From: Corallochytrium limacisporum Hawaii
Taxonomy: Eukaryota; Protista; Pluriformea
Direction of reading: 5' to 3'
Length of the DNA: 59,580 nucleotides
Assembly (NCBI GenBank): GCA_002811645.1
Contig: PDIP01000030.1
Span: forward strand, 437,310-496,889
Positions 1-10,023 of this stretch are shown here, piece after piece (positions within the stretch are counted from its first letter, which is position 1; every line of letters begins with the position of its first letter). Both the position numbers and the translations under genes were made by a program. The notes below the pieces were generated by a model. The model saw only the letters and a list, made by a program, of their open reading frames with translations, had not been told where the DNA came from and did no database searches.

Positions 1-614
1 CCCCCGGTTCCTTCACTCCCCCCTTCCCTCGGCCGGGCCCCGAGCGGACTACGACAACCCACTGTGTGGGTGTAGGCGAACTGGTATGGACGCGACTCTT
101 CGGTTTACCTTGAGGGTCTGAGTCGTTTGCTGGTTTTCGTTCGGCTTTTGGTCAGTGTGTTCGGAATGTGGTGCTTTCCGTTTGTTGGAGATGAGTACCC
201 TTGTTGGGACGAACATGCTTGAGGTTCGTGTGCACCGATGGGCCAATTGTGGGTTTATTTTTCTCGAAGTCACCCGGTCGTTTGGATACATGGACTGACG
301 AGCTATTAAGGGTGTAGAATAATTGTTGAAGCCATCTCAGACAACAGGTTTTCCAGTACGAGCATGGAAGGTATATCAATGCGTAATGTAAGAAAGGTCT
401 CTGTGTGCTCTAAAGAGTGGGCCTATTGATGAAACACATAACAATAACGCTGACAAAGCCTAGGTCTTCGAAAATCCGAACTGGTTGAGAGAGAAACAAT
501 TTGGGAAGGCACTGTTTGGAAGTGGATCGTGATGTCAGCGTTCAGTATGTAACAAAAGTTGAGGACACCGCAGAGCAAGTATTTGGCAGTCTTCGGGACT
601 TCATAGTTATAACC

Positions 615-3440
615 ATGGACTTTGGTGCGCCCAACTTTGGAGCGGCACCCATGGACGATGCTCCTGTGGATGACTTCACAATAATTGACGAACGGTTACG
701 TTCCGTTCATGCTCAATGCACCGAATACCTCGACAAGTATTTGGATGAGATCGAACTGGTTGTTCTTCACGATCCCGCATGTGAAGATCCTGCGTTTGCC
801 TCTGTATTCAGCAGACTTTTGATCTATGCACAACAGTTCCGGGAAATGAAGGCCTCTGAGGTGACATTACCGGAGTGTCGACACTTGTTGGACAAAATCA
901 AGGCCGTGGAAGCAGACTGGCAACAGGGGTGGCCACACAAGAAATATTGCATGCAATTGCCCTTGCTAATTGTGCCGTTTATTGGAACAATGGAATCGCT
1001 AAAGAGTGTTGATGCAGACGATGTCCTTTTGCGCCGTGCCGTAGACAATGGACCGCTTTTGACGTTACAGGAAATTGATGAGCAGGAGGCCCTGCGGGAT
1101 CGGTTGCAGGTCGATGAACACGAACTGGTATGTCGGATCTGCGAGCAAATTTTCAGTGTCGATGCACTGTTAGAACATTCCGAATTCTGCCGGGACTACC
1201 ATAAGCTGAAGTACGATGGGCAACAAGCAGACCAGGCTCTGTTAAAGTGCCTCACACAGTTGGAGGTGGCTATTTCGGAGCTGGACTCTACTGCCGCCGA
1301 CGGCAACGTTAGCTCACGGTCATTAAGCTGGTCAAAGAAGGGAAACAAGACTGACCGAGATGTGCACACAACCAGGGAGTTGTTGAGTGTCACTCGTTCG
1401 CTCCTTAATCTGCCTGCTCCCACTGACGGAGATTTAAGTGCACTTCCCAACGAATACCGTGACGTAGAAAGTGTTGCAGCTCGACTGGAGGACTTAACCG
1501 TTTTCGGGCAAGATAGACTCCTGCTGAGGCAGACCATTTTTGATAGCTTCAAGTTCAAGGCCGCTACGGTCCGGGATCTGAATAAGCTGGTAGCAAATCA
1601 CCCGGACCTGTTAAAGACTCCAACGAATACGCCGTTTCCTACGATCAGTGAATTCAGTCTGATCAACGAGCTGAGCCGTGGCAGTTTTAGTCACATCTTT
1701 TTGGCCCAGCGTCGGAAGACTGATGATGTGATTGCCATCAAGCTGCTGGAAAAAAATGAGGTGCTAAATCAGAACCTGCGGAACTACATTCGTCAGGAGC
1801 GGAACACTCTACTGCAAATCGACTGTCCCTTCATCATCTCTCTGTACTATTGCTTCCAGAGCATGCAGCATGTGTATCTTGCCATGGAATACGCTAAGGG
1901 AGGTGACATTTTCTCCTTGTTGGGATCGGTTGGTACGCTGGAGGAAGACTGGACACGGTTCTATGTTGCAGAGTTGTGCATTGCCGTCGACTACCTGCAT
2001 TTCAAAGGCATCGTGCACCGCGACCTCAAGCCAGACAATATTCTCATTGCGGGCAATGGGCATATCAAGCTGGCTGACTTTGGCTTGTCACAATCTGGTG
2101 TCCTGGACAGGAAGCTTGAGAAGCCCACAAACGTGTCCCTCATTCCGAAAGGCATCCGCACCAAGATCCTGAAGAAATGGTTCAATAAGAACCGGATGAA
2201 GAGGACGCCCGTGGAGTCGTCAATGGATGATCTGATCTCCAGGAATGGTAAGATCATGCGCAAGAATACATTGGAGCTCAGGGTGCAGACCTACAAGCGC
2301 CGACGCACGCGGACCGCTCTCTTGTCTTGTGTCGGAACCACTGATTACCTTGCACCTGAGATCATTTTGGGCTACGGATACAATCGTGGTATAGACTGGT
2401 GGGCACTTGGTGTATGCATTTTTGAGTTCCTAATCGGTGTGCCACCCTTCTATGAATCAAACATGCAGGACACGTTTACAAATATTTTAATGTGTTCTGT
2501 GGATTGGCCCAGTGAACTCAGTCCGAATGCCAAGGATGTTATCACGAAATTCCTGGCAGTGAATGAGGAAGAGCGTATGGGCTACAACGGATTGGATGAG
2601 ATCAAGAGTCATCCTTTCTTCGAGACAATCGATTGGGAAAATTTGGAGAATACGAAGCCTCCGTTTGTGCCCGACCTGGAGCAAGGTCGACAGAGGAACT
2701 TCTACAGATTCGATGCGGAGGCCATCACTACCCGCGGAGCGGACCGTACCATCCCAGAAAGTGGCGATCCGCGTATAGAACGCTTACGAAGGAACAGTGG
2801 ATCCGGGCCCATGGATAGTGACGATGAGCTTGAAAGCTTTGAGAACTTTGCCTGCTCGAACTACAATGCATTGCACGAATTGAATATCGAGCTTTGCAAG
2901 GCCAAAGAGTCCAATTCGCACAAGATTAGTGTGGCGGAACAGGAGAAATCGGATGGAGCGGACCTAGTGGAAGTCGAGAAAGTTGCGCGTCAGATCACGG
3001 CTCTCGTAGCTGAGGATAACCCCGTCACACAAAGGATTGTGGAAGCCCTCTTCCGTCAATTGGGGTTGCAAGTTGTGAGAGCCAAGAACGGAGAAGAAGC
3101 TGTGATGGCTGCGCAGACTGCCAAGTTTGATGTCATTTTCATGGACATCATGATGCCTAAGATGAACGGCATTCAGGCGACTCGTACCATCCGCAGTCTT
3201 GGCCCTAACACAAACACTCCTATTGTGGCGTTCACCACGATTGGTGATAACCCAGATGAATTGGCTAACGAAGGCTTTAATGATCTCCTCCCCAAGCCAT
3301 TTCAACAGAAGGATCTGTATGCACTGGTGGTTAAACACACTGCTAAGGTAGAACAGGGGCCAAATGTCCCGACGGGTAAAGCCACCGGTAACGGTGTGAC
3401 ACAAAATTCTTCCAGTGATGATGCCATTATGGCAACTTGA
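615..3440 (+). CDS. RIM15: Rim15/Greatwall-like AGC Ser/Thr kinase with C2HC zinc finger and C-terminal response-regulator receiver (REC) domain
   Basis: CRICEQ...LLEHSEFC zinc finger; kinase motifs SRGSFSHIF, AIK, HRDLKPDN, DFGLS, long activation-segment insert, VGTTDYLAPE, DWWALG; AGC tail HPFF/PPFVP; REC motifs VAEDN, FMDIMMP, FTT, PKPF. ORF track starts at TTG 501; first ATG is at 615. Confidence 0.9.
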   Translation: MDFGAPNFGAAPMDDAPVDDFTIIDERLRSVHAQCTEYLDKYLDEIELVVLHDPACEDPAFASVFSRLLIYAQQFREMKASEVTLPECRHLLDKIKAVEADWQQGWPHKKYCMQLPLLIVPFIGTMESLKSVDADDVLLRRAVDNGPLLTLQEIDEQEALRDRLQVDEHELVCRICEQIFSVDALLEHSEFCRDYHKLKYDGQQADQALLKCLTQLEVAISELDSTAADGNVSSRSLSWSKKGNKTDRDVHTTRELLSVTRSLLNLPAPTDGDLSALPNEYRDVESVAARLEDLTVFGQDRLLLRQTIFDSFKFKAATVRDLNKLVANHPDLLKTPTNTPFPTISEFSLINELSRGSFSHIFLAQRRKTDDVIAIKLLEKNEVLNQNLRNYIRQERNTLLQIDCPFIISLYYCFQSMQHVYLAMEYAKGGDIFSLLGSVGTLEEDWTRFYVAELCIAVDYLHFKGIVHRDLKPDNILIAGNGHIKLADFGLSQSGVLDRKLEKPTNVSLIPKGIRTKILKKWFNKNRMKRTPVESSMDDLISRNGKIMRKNTLELRVQTYKRRRTRTALLSCVGTTDYLAPEIILGYGYNRGIDWWALGVCIFEFLIGVPPFYESNMQDTFTNILMCSVDWPSELSPNAKDVITKFLAVNEEERMGYNGLDEIKSHPFFETIDWENLENTKPPFVPDLEQGRQRNFYRFDAEAITTRGADRTIPESGDPRIERLRRNSGSGPMDSDDELESFENFACSNYNALHELNIELCKAKESNSHKISVAEQEKSDGADLVEVEKVARQITALVAEDNPVTQRIVEALFRQLGLQVVRAKNGEEAVMAAQTAKFDVIFMDIMMPKMNGIQATRTIRSLGPNTNTPIVAFTTIGDNPDELANEGFNDLLPKPFQQKDLYALVVKHTAKVEQGPNVPTGKATGNGVTQNSSSDDAIMAT

Positions 3441-3793
3441 GTTATCCGCTGTTTTGTCTTCTTACCTAACCTTGTAAATACAACATGTAGGGCAATAATG
3501 TTACGCGACCTGTTCGGTTCCCTGGATCCTCGACCTGCCCACTCAGCTGGACTACCGCCTCTTGAATAAAATGGACTCCCGTTGGGACCTGCGGCCTTGA
3601 CAGGGGAGGGGAGGCGCCTTCCGGGTCTCCTCCCATCTCTTCTCCCTCTGCGATCGCTCCCCCTCCCCTGTCACTAACCTTTCCCGACACCTTTTCTTAC
3701 TCAGACACTGGGGATTTATCTCCTCCGCTCTGAAACTACGTGGCTTTGTCCTTTTTCTATTCATTATCTACCACCTGGAGGCGATTGCTTTAA

Positions 3794-4021
3794 ATGTTTT
3801 GGTGTTCCCTTGTCGCAGCCTCAGTACTGGCTTCCGCCGCTTCCGCGGCTTTGGGCGACGGGCAGATTTTCTTCGCTGAGAACACTGCGAAGTGTGTACG
3901 GTACCTTCACCATCGCCCCGGACTCGGCCGCATCGTCCAGTACAATGATGTGAGAGAGTTATGTATGGGGGGATATCGTGTGTGCTTTTTGGGAACCACC
4001 GCTGCAAGTCGAGTTTGCTGA
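3794..4021 (+). CDS. Possible small secreted Cys-containing peptide or remnant of a secreted-protein gene
   Basis: ATG-initiated 75-aa ORF with signal-peptide-like N-terminus (MFWCSLVAASVLASAASAA) and four later Cys; no family recognised. Confidence 0.25.
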   Translation: MFWCSLVAASVLASAASAALGDGQIFFAENTAKCVRYLHHRPGLGRIVQYNDVRELCMGGYRVCFLGTTAASRVC

Positions 4022-4358
4022 TGCAAAAATATCGCTCGCCAGCGTGACGGAGTACATACAGCAATAGCAGCGTCAGCATGTCTCACATGCTAGCATGTTT
4101 GTCTTTGAGGCTGTGAACATTCTCTATGCTGCATGCCCCCAATGCAGCATAGGCATGCATGTAGCTTACCGTATGGATGTCCGAAGACACTTTTCTTCAT
4201 CCATTCAGCCACTGCAGTCGGAGATCTCTGGGTTTAGGGACACCTAGTCACCAACGAACCGCCAGCACTTGTTCCCTTGCACAGCAGGGCCTGAAGAGTG
4301 CAAAGGACCGCCACTGGCGAGTAGCTGGAAAACGTATTGGTGCCGCGCCAGGCTTGTG

Positions 4359-4388
4359 CTCTCTCTCTGTGTGTGTGTGTGTGTGTGT
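4359..4388. repeat. Compound (CT)n(GT)n microsatellite
   Basis: Read directly from the sequence. Confidence 0.95.
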
Positions 4389-4784
4389 TTGAACTGCGGG
4401 GCGCCAGCTCTCGGACCGAAGTTTTCTTGTTTCGCAATGGATGGCACGGAATCGGTAGAAAAGAACCCAAGGGAATAGAAGACAAGGCGAAGGAGGCAAG
4501 GAGTTGTGTCCGCAGGGGACAGCAGCCCCAGTTCCTCGCCATCCGGAAGTGGGGTGGGGGATTGAAGGGAGTTCGGGAGCGGAGGGTCTCCGTTTCCCCC
4601 CCCCCCTCCCTTGAAGGGGGGGCTTCCCACCTTCCGGCCCCCTTCTCTCCCCTACGGGGCCTGAGAAAGTTCAAAAACAGCGCGGGGGGGATCGAACCGG
4701 CCACTCCGTTGTATAGCAATTGCATGAGCACCAAAACCGCTACTCGGAAGCCCCTTCTCTCCCCCGGGGGGGGGGGGGGGGAGA

Positions 4785-4994
4785 NNNNNNNNNNNNNNNN
4801 NNNNNNNNNNNNNNNNNNNNNNNNNNNNNNNNNNNNNNNNNNNNNNNNNNNNNNNNNNNNNNNNNNNNNNNNNNNNNNNNNNNNNNNNNNNNNNNNNNNN
4901 NNNNNNNNNNNNNNNNNNNNNNNNNNNNNNNNNNNNNNNNNNNNNNNNNNNNNNNNNNNNNNNNNNNNNNNNNNNNNNNNNNNNNNNNNNNNNN
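4785..4994. other. Assembly gap (N run) flanked by G homopolymers
   Basis: 210 N bases; G16 tract just to the left, G run just to the right. Confidence 1.
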
Positions 4995-5480
4995 AGGGGG
5001 GGGAGGGCCTGCGGGGCGGTGAGGGGGTGCTGCTGGTCCCCCGCGGTTTTGCGTGCTTGGTGGCTCCTGGATGGTGGAGGTTTCGTGGTTCTTGGATGTC
5101 TGTGTTTGTTTCGGTCCGTTTTGTCCTGCTGAGAATTTTGAAGTTCCTCCATGCGATTCGCCTGTATCGTATCATGACCACGCTTGTGTTGGTGGCTCAA
5201 TTAACACAGTGAATAATTGCAGGGTGTGACACAAACTAAAGCAAGTGTTCCAGATCGGCATTAGCACAGGTACATGAGACGAAGTACTTCGGTGTACGCG
5301 GCAGCGTCCAGGGGGGAAATGAACACTGTAGATCAGGTATTAGCCTTCGATGTATATAGTTCAAGAGACAAAGCACAGGGTGTGTTATTCGAGTATGCGT
5401 ATGGTTTATTAGGAATAATGGTGAATTAACGCACACGCGGAAAGAGATTCAGCAGGAAACTGCCAAGCGGTAGGATATTG

Positions 5481-5488
5481 TCACGTGA
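5481..5488. promoter_or_regulatory. Palindromic E-box TCACGTGA about 60 bp upstream of the Pho81-like start codon
   Basis: Motif is present in the sequence; CACGTG is the site bound by bHLH factors Pho4/NUC-1 and also Cbf1/USF/MiTF. Function is inferred from position only. Confidence 0.35.
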
Positions 5489-5549
5489 ATCTCGACAACA
5501 GTTTGATCAGTAGAAAATTGTTATAGGGTCAATCCACTAGCGCTCAAAC

Positions 5550-8500
5550 ATGAAATTCGGTAAACACCTGCTTAGCTACCAGGTGCCAGAATGGTCTTCC
5601 TATTACATCTCTTACAAGAACCTGAAGGGTGTGATTAAGACCACTGAGGTGACCAATGCGCAACAAGGTTCGTCCTTCTTCTTTGCTCTCGACCGTGAGC
5701 TGGAAAAGGTCAATTCTTTCCATCAAATGAAGGTGTCTGAAGTACAAGCACGGTTTAATGTCTTGGCCAAGCAGGAAAAGCAGACTGTCTTCTCCGGTGA
5801 TCGTGTTGGAGCGTCATATTTACTGAGCGCATATAGACAGCTTCAGGATGAGCTGCACAAACTGCAAAACTTTGTTGAACTAAACTCTACTGGTTTCCGA
5901 AAAATCTTAAAGAAGTATGACAAGAAGCTGCAGCGGACTACACAGGAGCGGTATCTTAAGTCCAAGGTCATGGTATCCTCCTTTCACGACACTCAGTCCT
6001 TGGTGCGTTTGAATGACGAGGTCGAGGACAAGATCATGGTGCTTCAGAATATGCTAGGTTCGCAGGAGTCAAAGAGCCAGCGTAGTGGTCTTAGCATGGA
6101 GAACTACGACCCCAGTGTTGGAGTCATCGACCCAACTCAGCGTCTGGTCAGCACCTTCAACAGCGACGACGTGAATCTCATGGAGGACATTCTGACAAAG
6201 GCTGCAGAATTGACTGACGGAGACAATCGGAAGGAGGTTACAGAGACAATGGAACGCTTAATCCATCGGGCCAGTCGCGAAGGATACGTAAAGAGCCTGG
6301 GTAAGCTTGCAGATCTGGGCGCTTTGCAAGCTGTAGGGGAAAGGGTTTCCCAGGAAGCTTTCATGGAGGCCATCGGTGACGGACAAAAGGATGTGGTCGA
6401 GTTCTTTATCCAGCATATGAACCCACGCATTGAGAATTCACAGCGACGATCGGCTTTGCATTTGGCTGTGCTTGCGGAGAAGCCGGACATTCTGGAGCTT
6501 TTGCTGGAGCACGTTGCGGACCAGATAAATGTTACTGACTATGCAGGAATGACGCCTCTGTTGTACGCTGCCAACACGACCGAGTGTGTGGAAATCCTGA
6601 TACGTCACGGTGCGGACGTGAACGCACGGTCACCCATTAATGAACAATCACTTCTGCTGATTGCTGCTGAGGCGAGTAACCTGGCCACTGTGAGAGCACT
6701 GCTGAAATCTGCTGACCTGGCAGTTAATGCCACTGATGAGGCCGGACAGAGTGCCTTGCATCTTGCCGCTCGCACCGGAGCCATTCAGGTTCTGGACCTT
6801 CTGCTTGAGCATAAGATTGACATGGAAATCCAGGACAAACTTCGCAAATGGACCGCATTGTTCCTGGCAGCATCGGAAGGCAAGGTTGAATGCGTCCGCT
6901 CTCTATTGGCCAAGGGAGCTGTCGCTGCACTGGTGGATATTCATCGCTGGTCTCCTCGGACACACGCTTTGTACCGAGGATACGGCGAAATTGCCCGTGA
7001 GCTGGCAAATGCATGTCCACCAGACTTCCTGAGCACCGAGGCGGCTTACGGAGAAAACGATGCCAACGATGACGACGGTGACGGCAGTGGAGGACCTAAA
7101 AATGATATCAGCTCTTTGGGCAAGGGCGTCACTGCGGAGAACCATAGTTTGGGTGATCCGGGGCATCCAGATCACCTTGATGCTATCCCTCCATTGGAAT
7201 TACCTCCTCCAGTTATTCCTTTCAAGCACTACGGTCACACATATCTGCGTGATGAATTGCAACTGCGCATTTCCCTGGAGAAGGAAACTCTGGACGGCCT
7301 GGATGCCGGTCTCAGAAGCGTAGGACTAAACCGCGGTGGTGCACAGCCGGCCATTTACATGCAGCTTAGCGTGAAGAAATCAAGTAATCTGCCCTACAAC
7401 GTCCTACTTCCCGCCGAGAACGTGTCGGAAGTTTTCATGTTCAGTGCCAAGCGTGAAGACGATCTCCAAGTGCAAATGGATGTCATGCAAACGTATGGTG
7501 ATCGTATCATTGGCCGTGGATTTGTTATGGGAACGAACCTCGCCGATGGTCTTGGCAAGATGGCCGTGCCTATCGTGTCTCGTGATCTGAATATTGCAGC
7601 CAAGTTTGAATTCAACTACTGCATAGTTAGCAGTCTACCGGACAATCTCCTGAAGATGCCTGGTACTGCAAACACGTACTGGAAGTCGAAGAAGGTCTTG
7701 GACAGCCGGGCACGAGATGGAAGCAACGTGGCGGAGATTGTGACGGCGACGTCTTTGCACCCAGTCTATATAACCATGTGCGTGGAAATGGACGACCGCC
7801 AAGGTAATGCTTCTGTAATTCCCTCTGTGTCTTTGGACGACCTGCTTCGGAACAATGCTGCAAAGCTCGAACAGATGCAAATTGAGGACGAGGCTGTCAA
7901 CGCTGTGCACCAGCACCGTTTCGGCGACCGGGCTGCCTGTGAGACTGCACTGAGCTTCTTGTCACGTCTGCGTAGTCAGTTGGGTCCTCGCGTCCCATTG
8001 GAAGATTTGCTGAAGATTTGGTCTGGTGACATCCCGCTGCACATTGTGGTGACGAACCAGAAGTCACAGAGGTCTCAGTTTACCGGCAAACAGATGAATG
8101 CGTTCGTCGACAAGTTGATTGTGGCCTGTCGCGACCACATGCCTGCTCGCGGTGTCATGTTCTCCAGTAATGACACCACTATGTGCACCATGCTGGCCCT
8201 GAAGCAGCCCCTCTACCCTGTCTTCTTCATCACCGATTTTGGTCTCGGCGAGAACACAACTGCCGGGGAGGCTGCACTTTCCATGCAGGCGGCTGTGAAC
8301 TTTGCCAAGTCGATCGATTTGCTTGGTATCATTGGACGATGGGATGTCATTGCACCCTCTCCGGTGCTTTATTCTGTCATCCACGAAAGCTCACTTATGT
8401 TCATCGTCAGCCTGAGCAAAAACGACTCTAACACGGAGCTTTTGCGCCGCCTATCCAACCAGGGCATCGATGGCATCTCCAGCGGGTCGTTGCTCTACAT

Positions 8501-8558
8501 TAACGACCGCCTTACATCCACCGACAACGTAGCAGGGCCAAGTAAGATTCGCGTTTAG
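5550..8558 (+). CDS. PHO81: SPX-ankyrin repeat-degenerate GDPD protein, Pho81/NUC-2-type CDK inhibitor
   Basis: SPX motifs MKFGK..L, YISYKNLK, ELEKVNSF, LNSTGFRKILKKYDK; about 6 ankyrin repeats (SALHLA, TPLLYA, TALFLA); LPPPVIPFKHYGHTYL resembles the Pho81/NUC-2 segment after the ankyrins; GDPD-like C-terminus has no visible HRG catalytic motif, which argues against Gde1. Confidence 0.85.
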   Translation: MKFGKHLLSYQVPEWSSYYISYKNLKGVIKTTEVTNAQQGSSFFFALDRELEKVNSFHQMKVSEVQARFNVLAKQEKQTVFSGDRVGASYLLSAYRQLQDELHKLQNFVELNSTGFRKILKKYDKKLQRTTQERYLKSKVMVSSFHDTQSLVRLNDEVEDKIMVLQNMLGSQESKSQRSGLSMENYDPSVGVIDPTQRLVSTFNSDDVNLMEDILTKAAELTDGDNRKEVTETMERLIHRASREGYVKSLGKLADLGALQAVGERVSQEAFMEAIGDGQKDVVEFFIQHMNPRIENSQRRSALHLAVLAEKPDILELLLEHVADQINVTDYAGMTPLLYAANTTECVEILIRHGADVNARSPINEQSLLLIAAEASNLATVRALLKSADLAVNATDEAGQSALHLAARTGAIQVLDLLLEHKIDMEIQDKLRKWTALFLAASEGKVECVRSLLAKGAVAALVDIHRWSPRTHALYRGYGEIARELANACPPDFLSTEAAYGENDANDDDGDGSGGPKNDISSLGKGVTAENHSLGDPGHPDHLDAIPPLELPPPVIPFKHYGHTYLRDELQLRISLEKETLDGLDAGLRSVGLNRGGAQPAIYMQLSVKKSSNLPYNVLLPAENVSEVFMFSAKREDDLQVQMDVMQTYGDRIIGRGFVMGTNLADGLGKMAVPIVSRDLNIAAKFEFNYCIVSSLPDNLLKMPGTANTYWKSKKVLDSRARDGSNVAEIVTATSLHPVYITMCVEMDDRQGNASVIPSVSLDDLLRNNAAKLEQMQIEDEAVNAVHQHRFGDRAACETALSFLSRLRSQLGPRVPLEDLLKIWSGDIPLHIVVTNQKSQRSQFTGKQMNAFVDKLIVACRDHMPARGVMFSSNDTTMCTMLALKQPLYPVFFITDFGLGENTTAGEAALSMQAAVNFAKSIDLLGIIGRWDVIAPSPVLYSVIHESSLMFIVSLSKNDSNTELLRRLSNQGIDGISSGSLLYINDRLTSTDNVAGPSKIRV

Positions 8559-9000
8559 AATGAGTTCTTTAACGGAAACCAAACCTCCAGCATGGAACCC
8601 ATCATTTGTACATAATAACAAAAGAATACACTTATAATCCTTCTTGTTCATCGCTTGTTCGTGGCGTCACGCCCCAAGGCGGAGACATCACCAGGATCGC
8701 CCCCCGCCCCGTCCCCCCTTCAGGTCGACGGTCGCTTCAGATACCGACCAGCTGGCCTGGCCACCGCGCAGCATTCATGCGCAAGGCCCTCCCTACCCGC
8801 AGTTGTTTGAATCCATACAAATACTATGGAAACCCGGGCCATTGTTTTCCCTTTGGGTGTCGGAGAGAGGCCCGGGGGACGGGAAAACCGCTGGAGGAGG
8901 TCCAGAGTTGTCCAAAGAGCGGGAGGGGCGGGGTTGGTTGGTCGCTGCCTGCATTCCCCTCTTGCTCACTACTGAGAACGAGAGATGTGTGAAGATCTGC

Positions 9001-9021
9001 GTGTGTGTGTGTGTGTGTGTG
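9001..9021. repeat. (GT)n microsatellite
   Basis: Read directly from the sequence. Confidence 0.95.
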
Positions 9022-10023
9022 CCCTGTTTCCCGGTGGTTCGCAGGGTTGGGGTTCTCACCCGAAAACCGCTTTTGGACAACAGGGACGTAGAGCAAGGAC
9101 ATTGTTGCCGTGTGGTGAACATGCCAACCGACTCTTTTTATGGGCCTTGCTCCTGGGTCTTCCCGGTCCCAAAGCGGAGCAGAAGGTGAGAGGTGAGCCA
9201 ATGGCACCACTGCCTGGCCGGCCTCTCATTTCCCAGCACCAGTGGTTTGCATTGGGTCCTTCTGAAAGTTGCGCTTGGGAAAAATACAGGGAGGGGGGGG
9301 AGGGGTGAGCCAGGAAAAGTTCGTACGGGAGGAGTGGCAAAAAGTTAAAAAGGTTTTGGGTGCTAGGTCGCAGAAAGTGGGGGGAGGGGCTAGTAGGGCA
9401 AGAACGAAACCAGAGCGAGAGAAGGAGAGAGGGTGGGTGGGTGGGAGGAGGAGGGGACCGGGTTTCGGTGCGTGCGGTCACTGGAGTATTTCCAGCTGCT
9501 TCTTTCCTGTTTCTCTTTCCCAGCTCGTCTTTGTTTTGATTCCATCCGAGGACCGCAAGCAAGCACTTGCCGCTGTGGGAGGGGCCAGCCTATCGGCGGT
9601 TGCTTCCTCCGGGCAGGGAGTTTTTTCCTTTCGGGACTCACAAGCGGCCCTGAGATGGAAGCGTTCTGTTTGTTTTTGGAGCTCAGGTGTGCAGAATATT
9701 CCGCTTTGGGTGTCTAGCAGGCGAACGAAAGCAATTTAGAGTTCTGGATAATCAGCTATTTTGGTGTAAAGGTGAAACTTGAAGCATTCCTCACGATTGG
9801 CCATGTGTGAATAAAATTTGAGTTAATTTGAGTACAGTGGTTTAAAGTGAATCACAAACTCGGGACGTTCGAAAGACTTTGATAGCAAGAATTATAGTGA
9901 TAAAGGACTGCAAGGTCGAGAAGAAAAAGATGCCTGTGGCGGTGGCATAGCTAAACTGTAACAAAGGGCTGGTATAACCGACATCTACTTCATTTCACTA
10001 CAACTTACACAGCATTGGCAATC

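Noticed and set aside
4674-4750. tRNA or tRNA-SINE-like signal on the minus strand (GGTTCGATCC B-box followed by a T run)
   Set aside because: The T-stem pairs poorly (GCCGG/CCCCC) and I could not build acceptor, D or anticodon arms; tRNAscan-SE would settle it.
4234-5212. Long ORFs spanning the N gap (also 48289-48874)
   Set aside because: Artefacts of translating through Ns and low-complexity GC-rich DNA.
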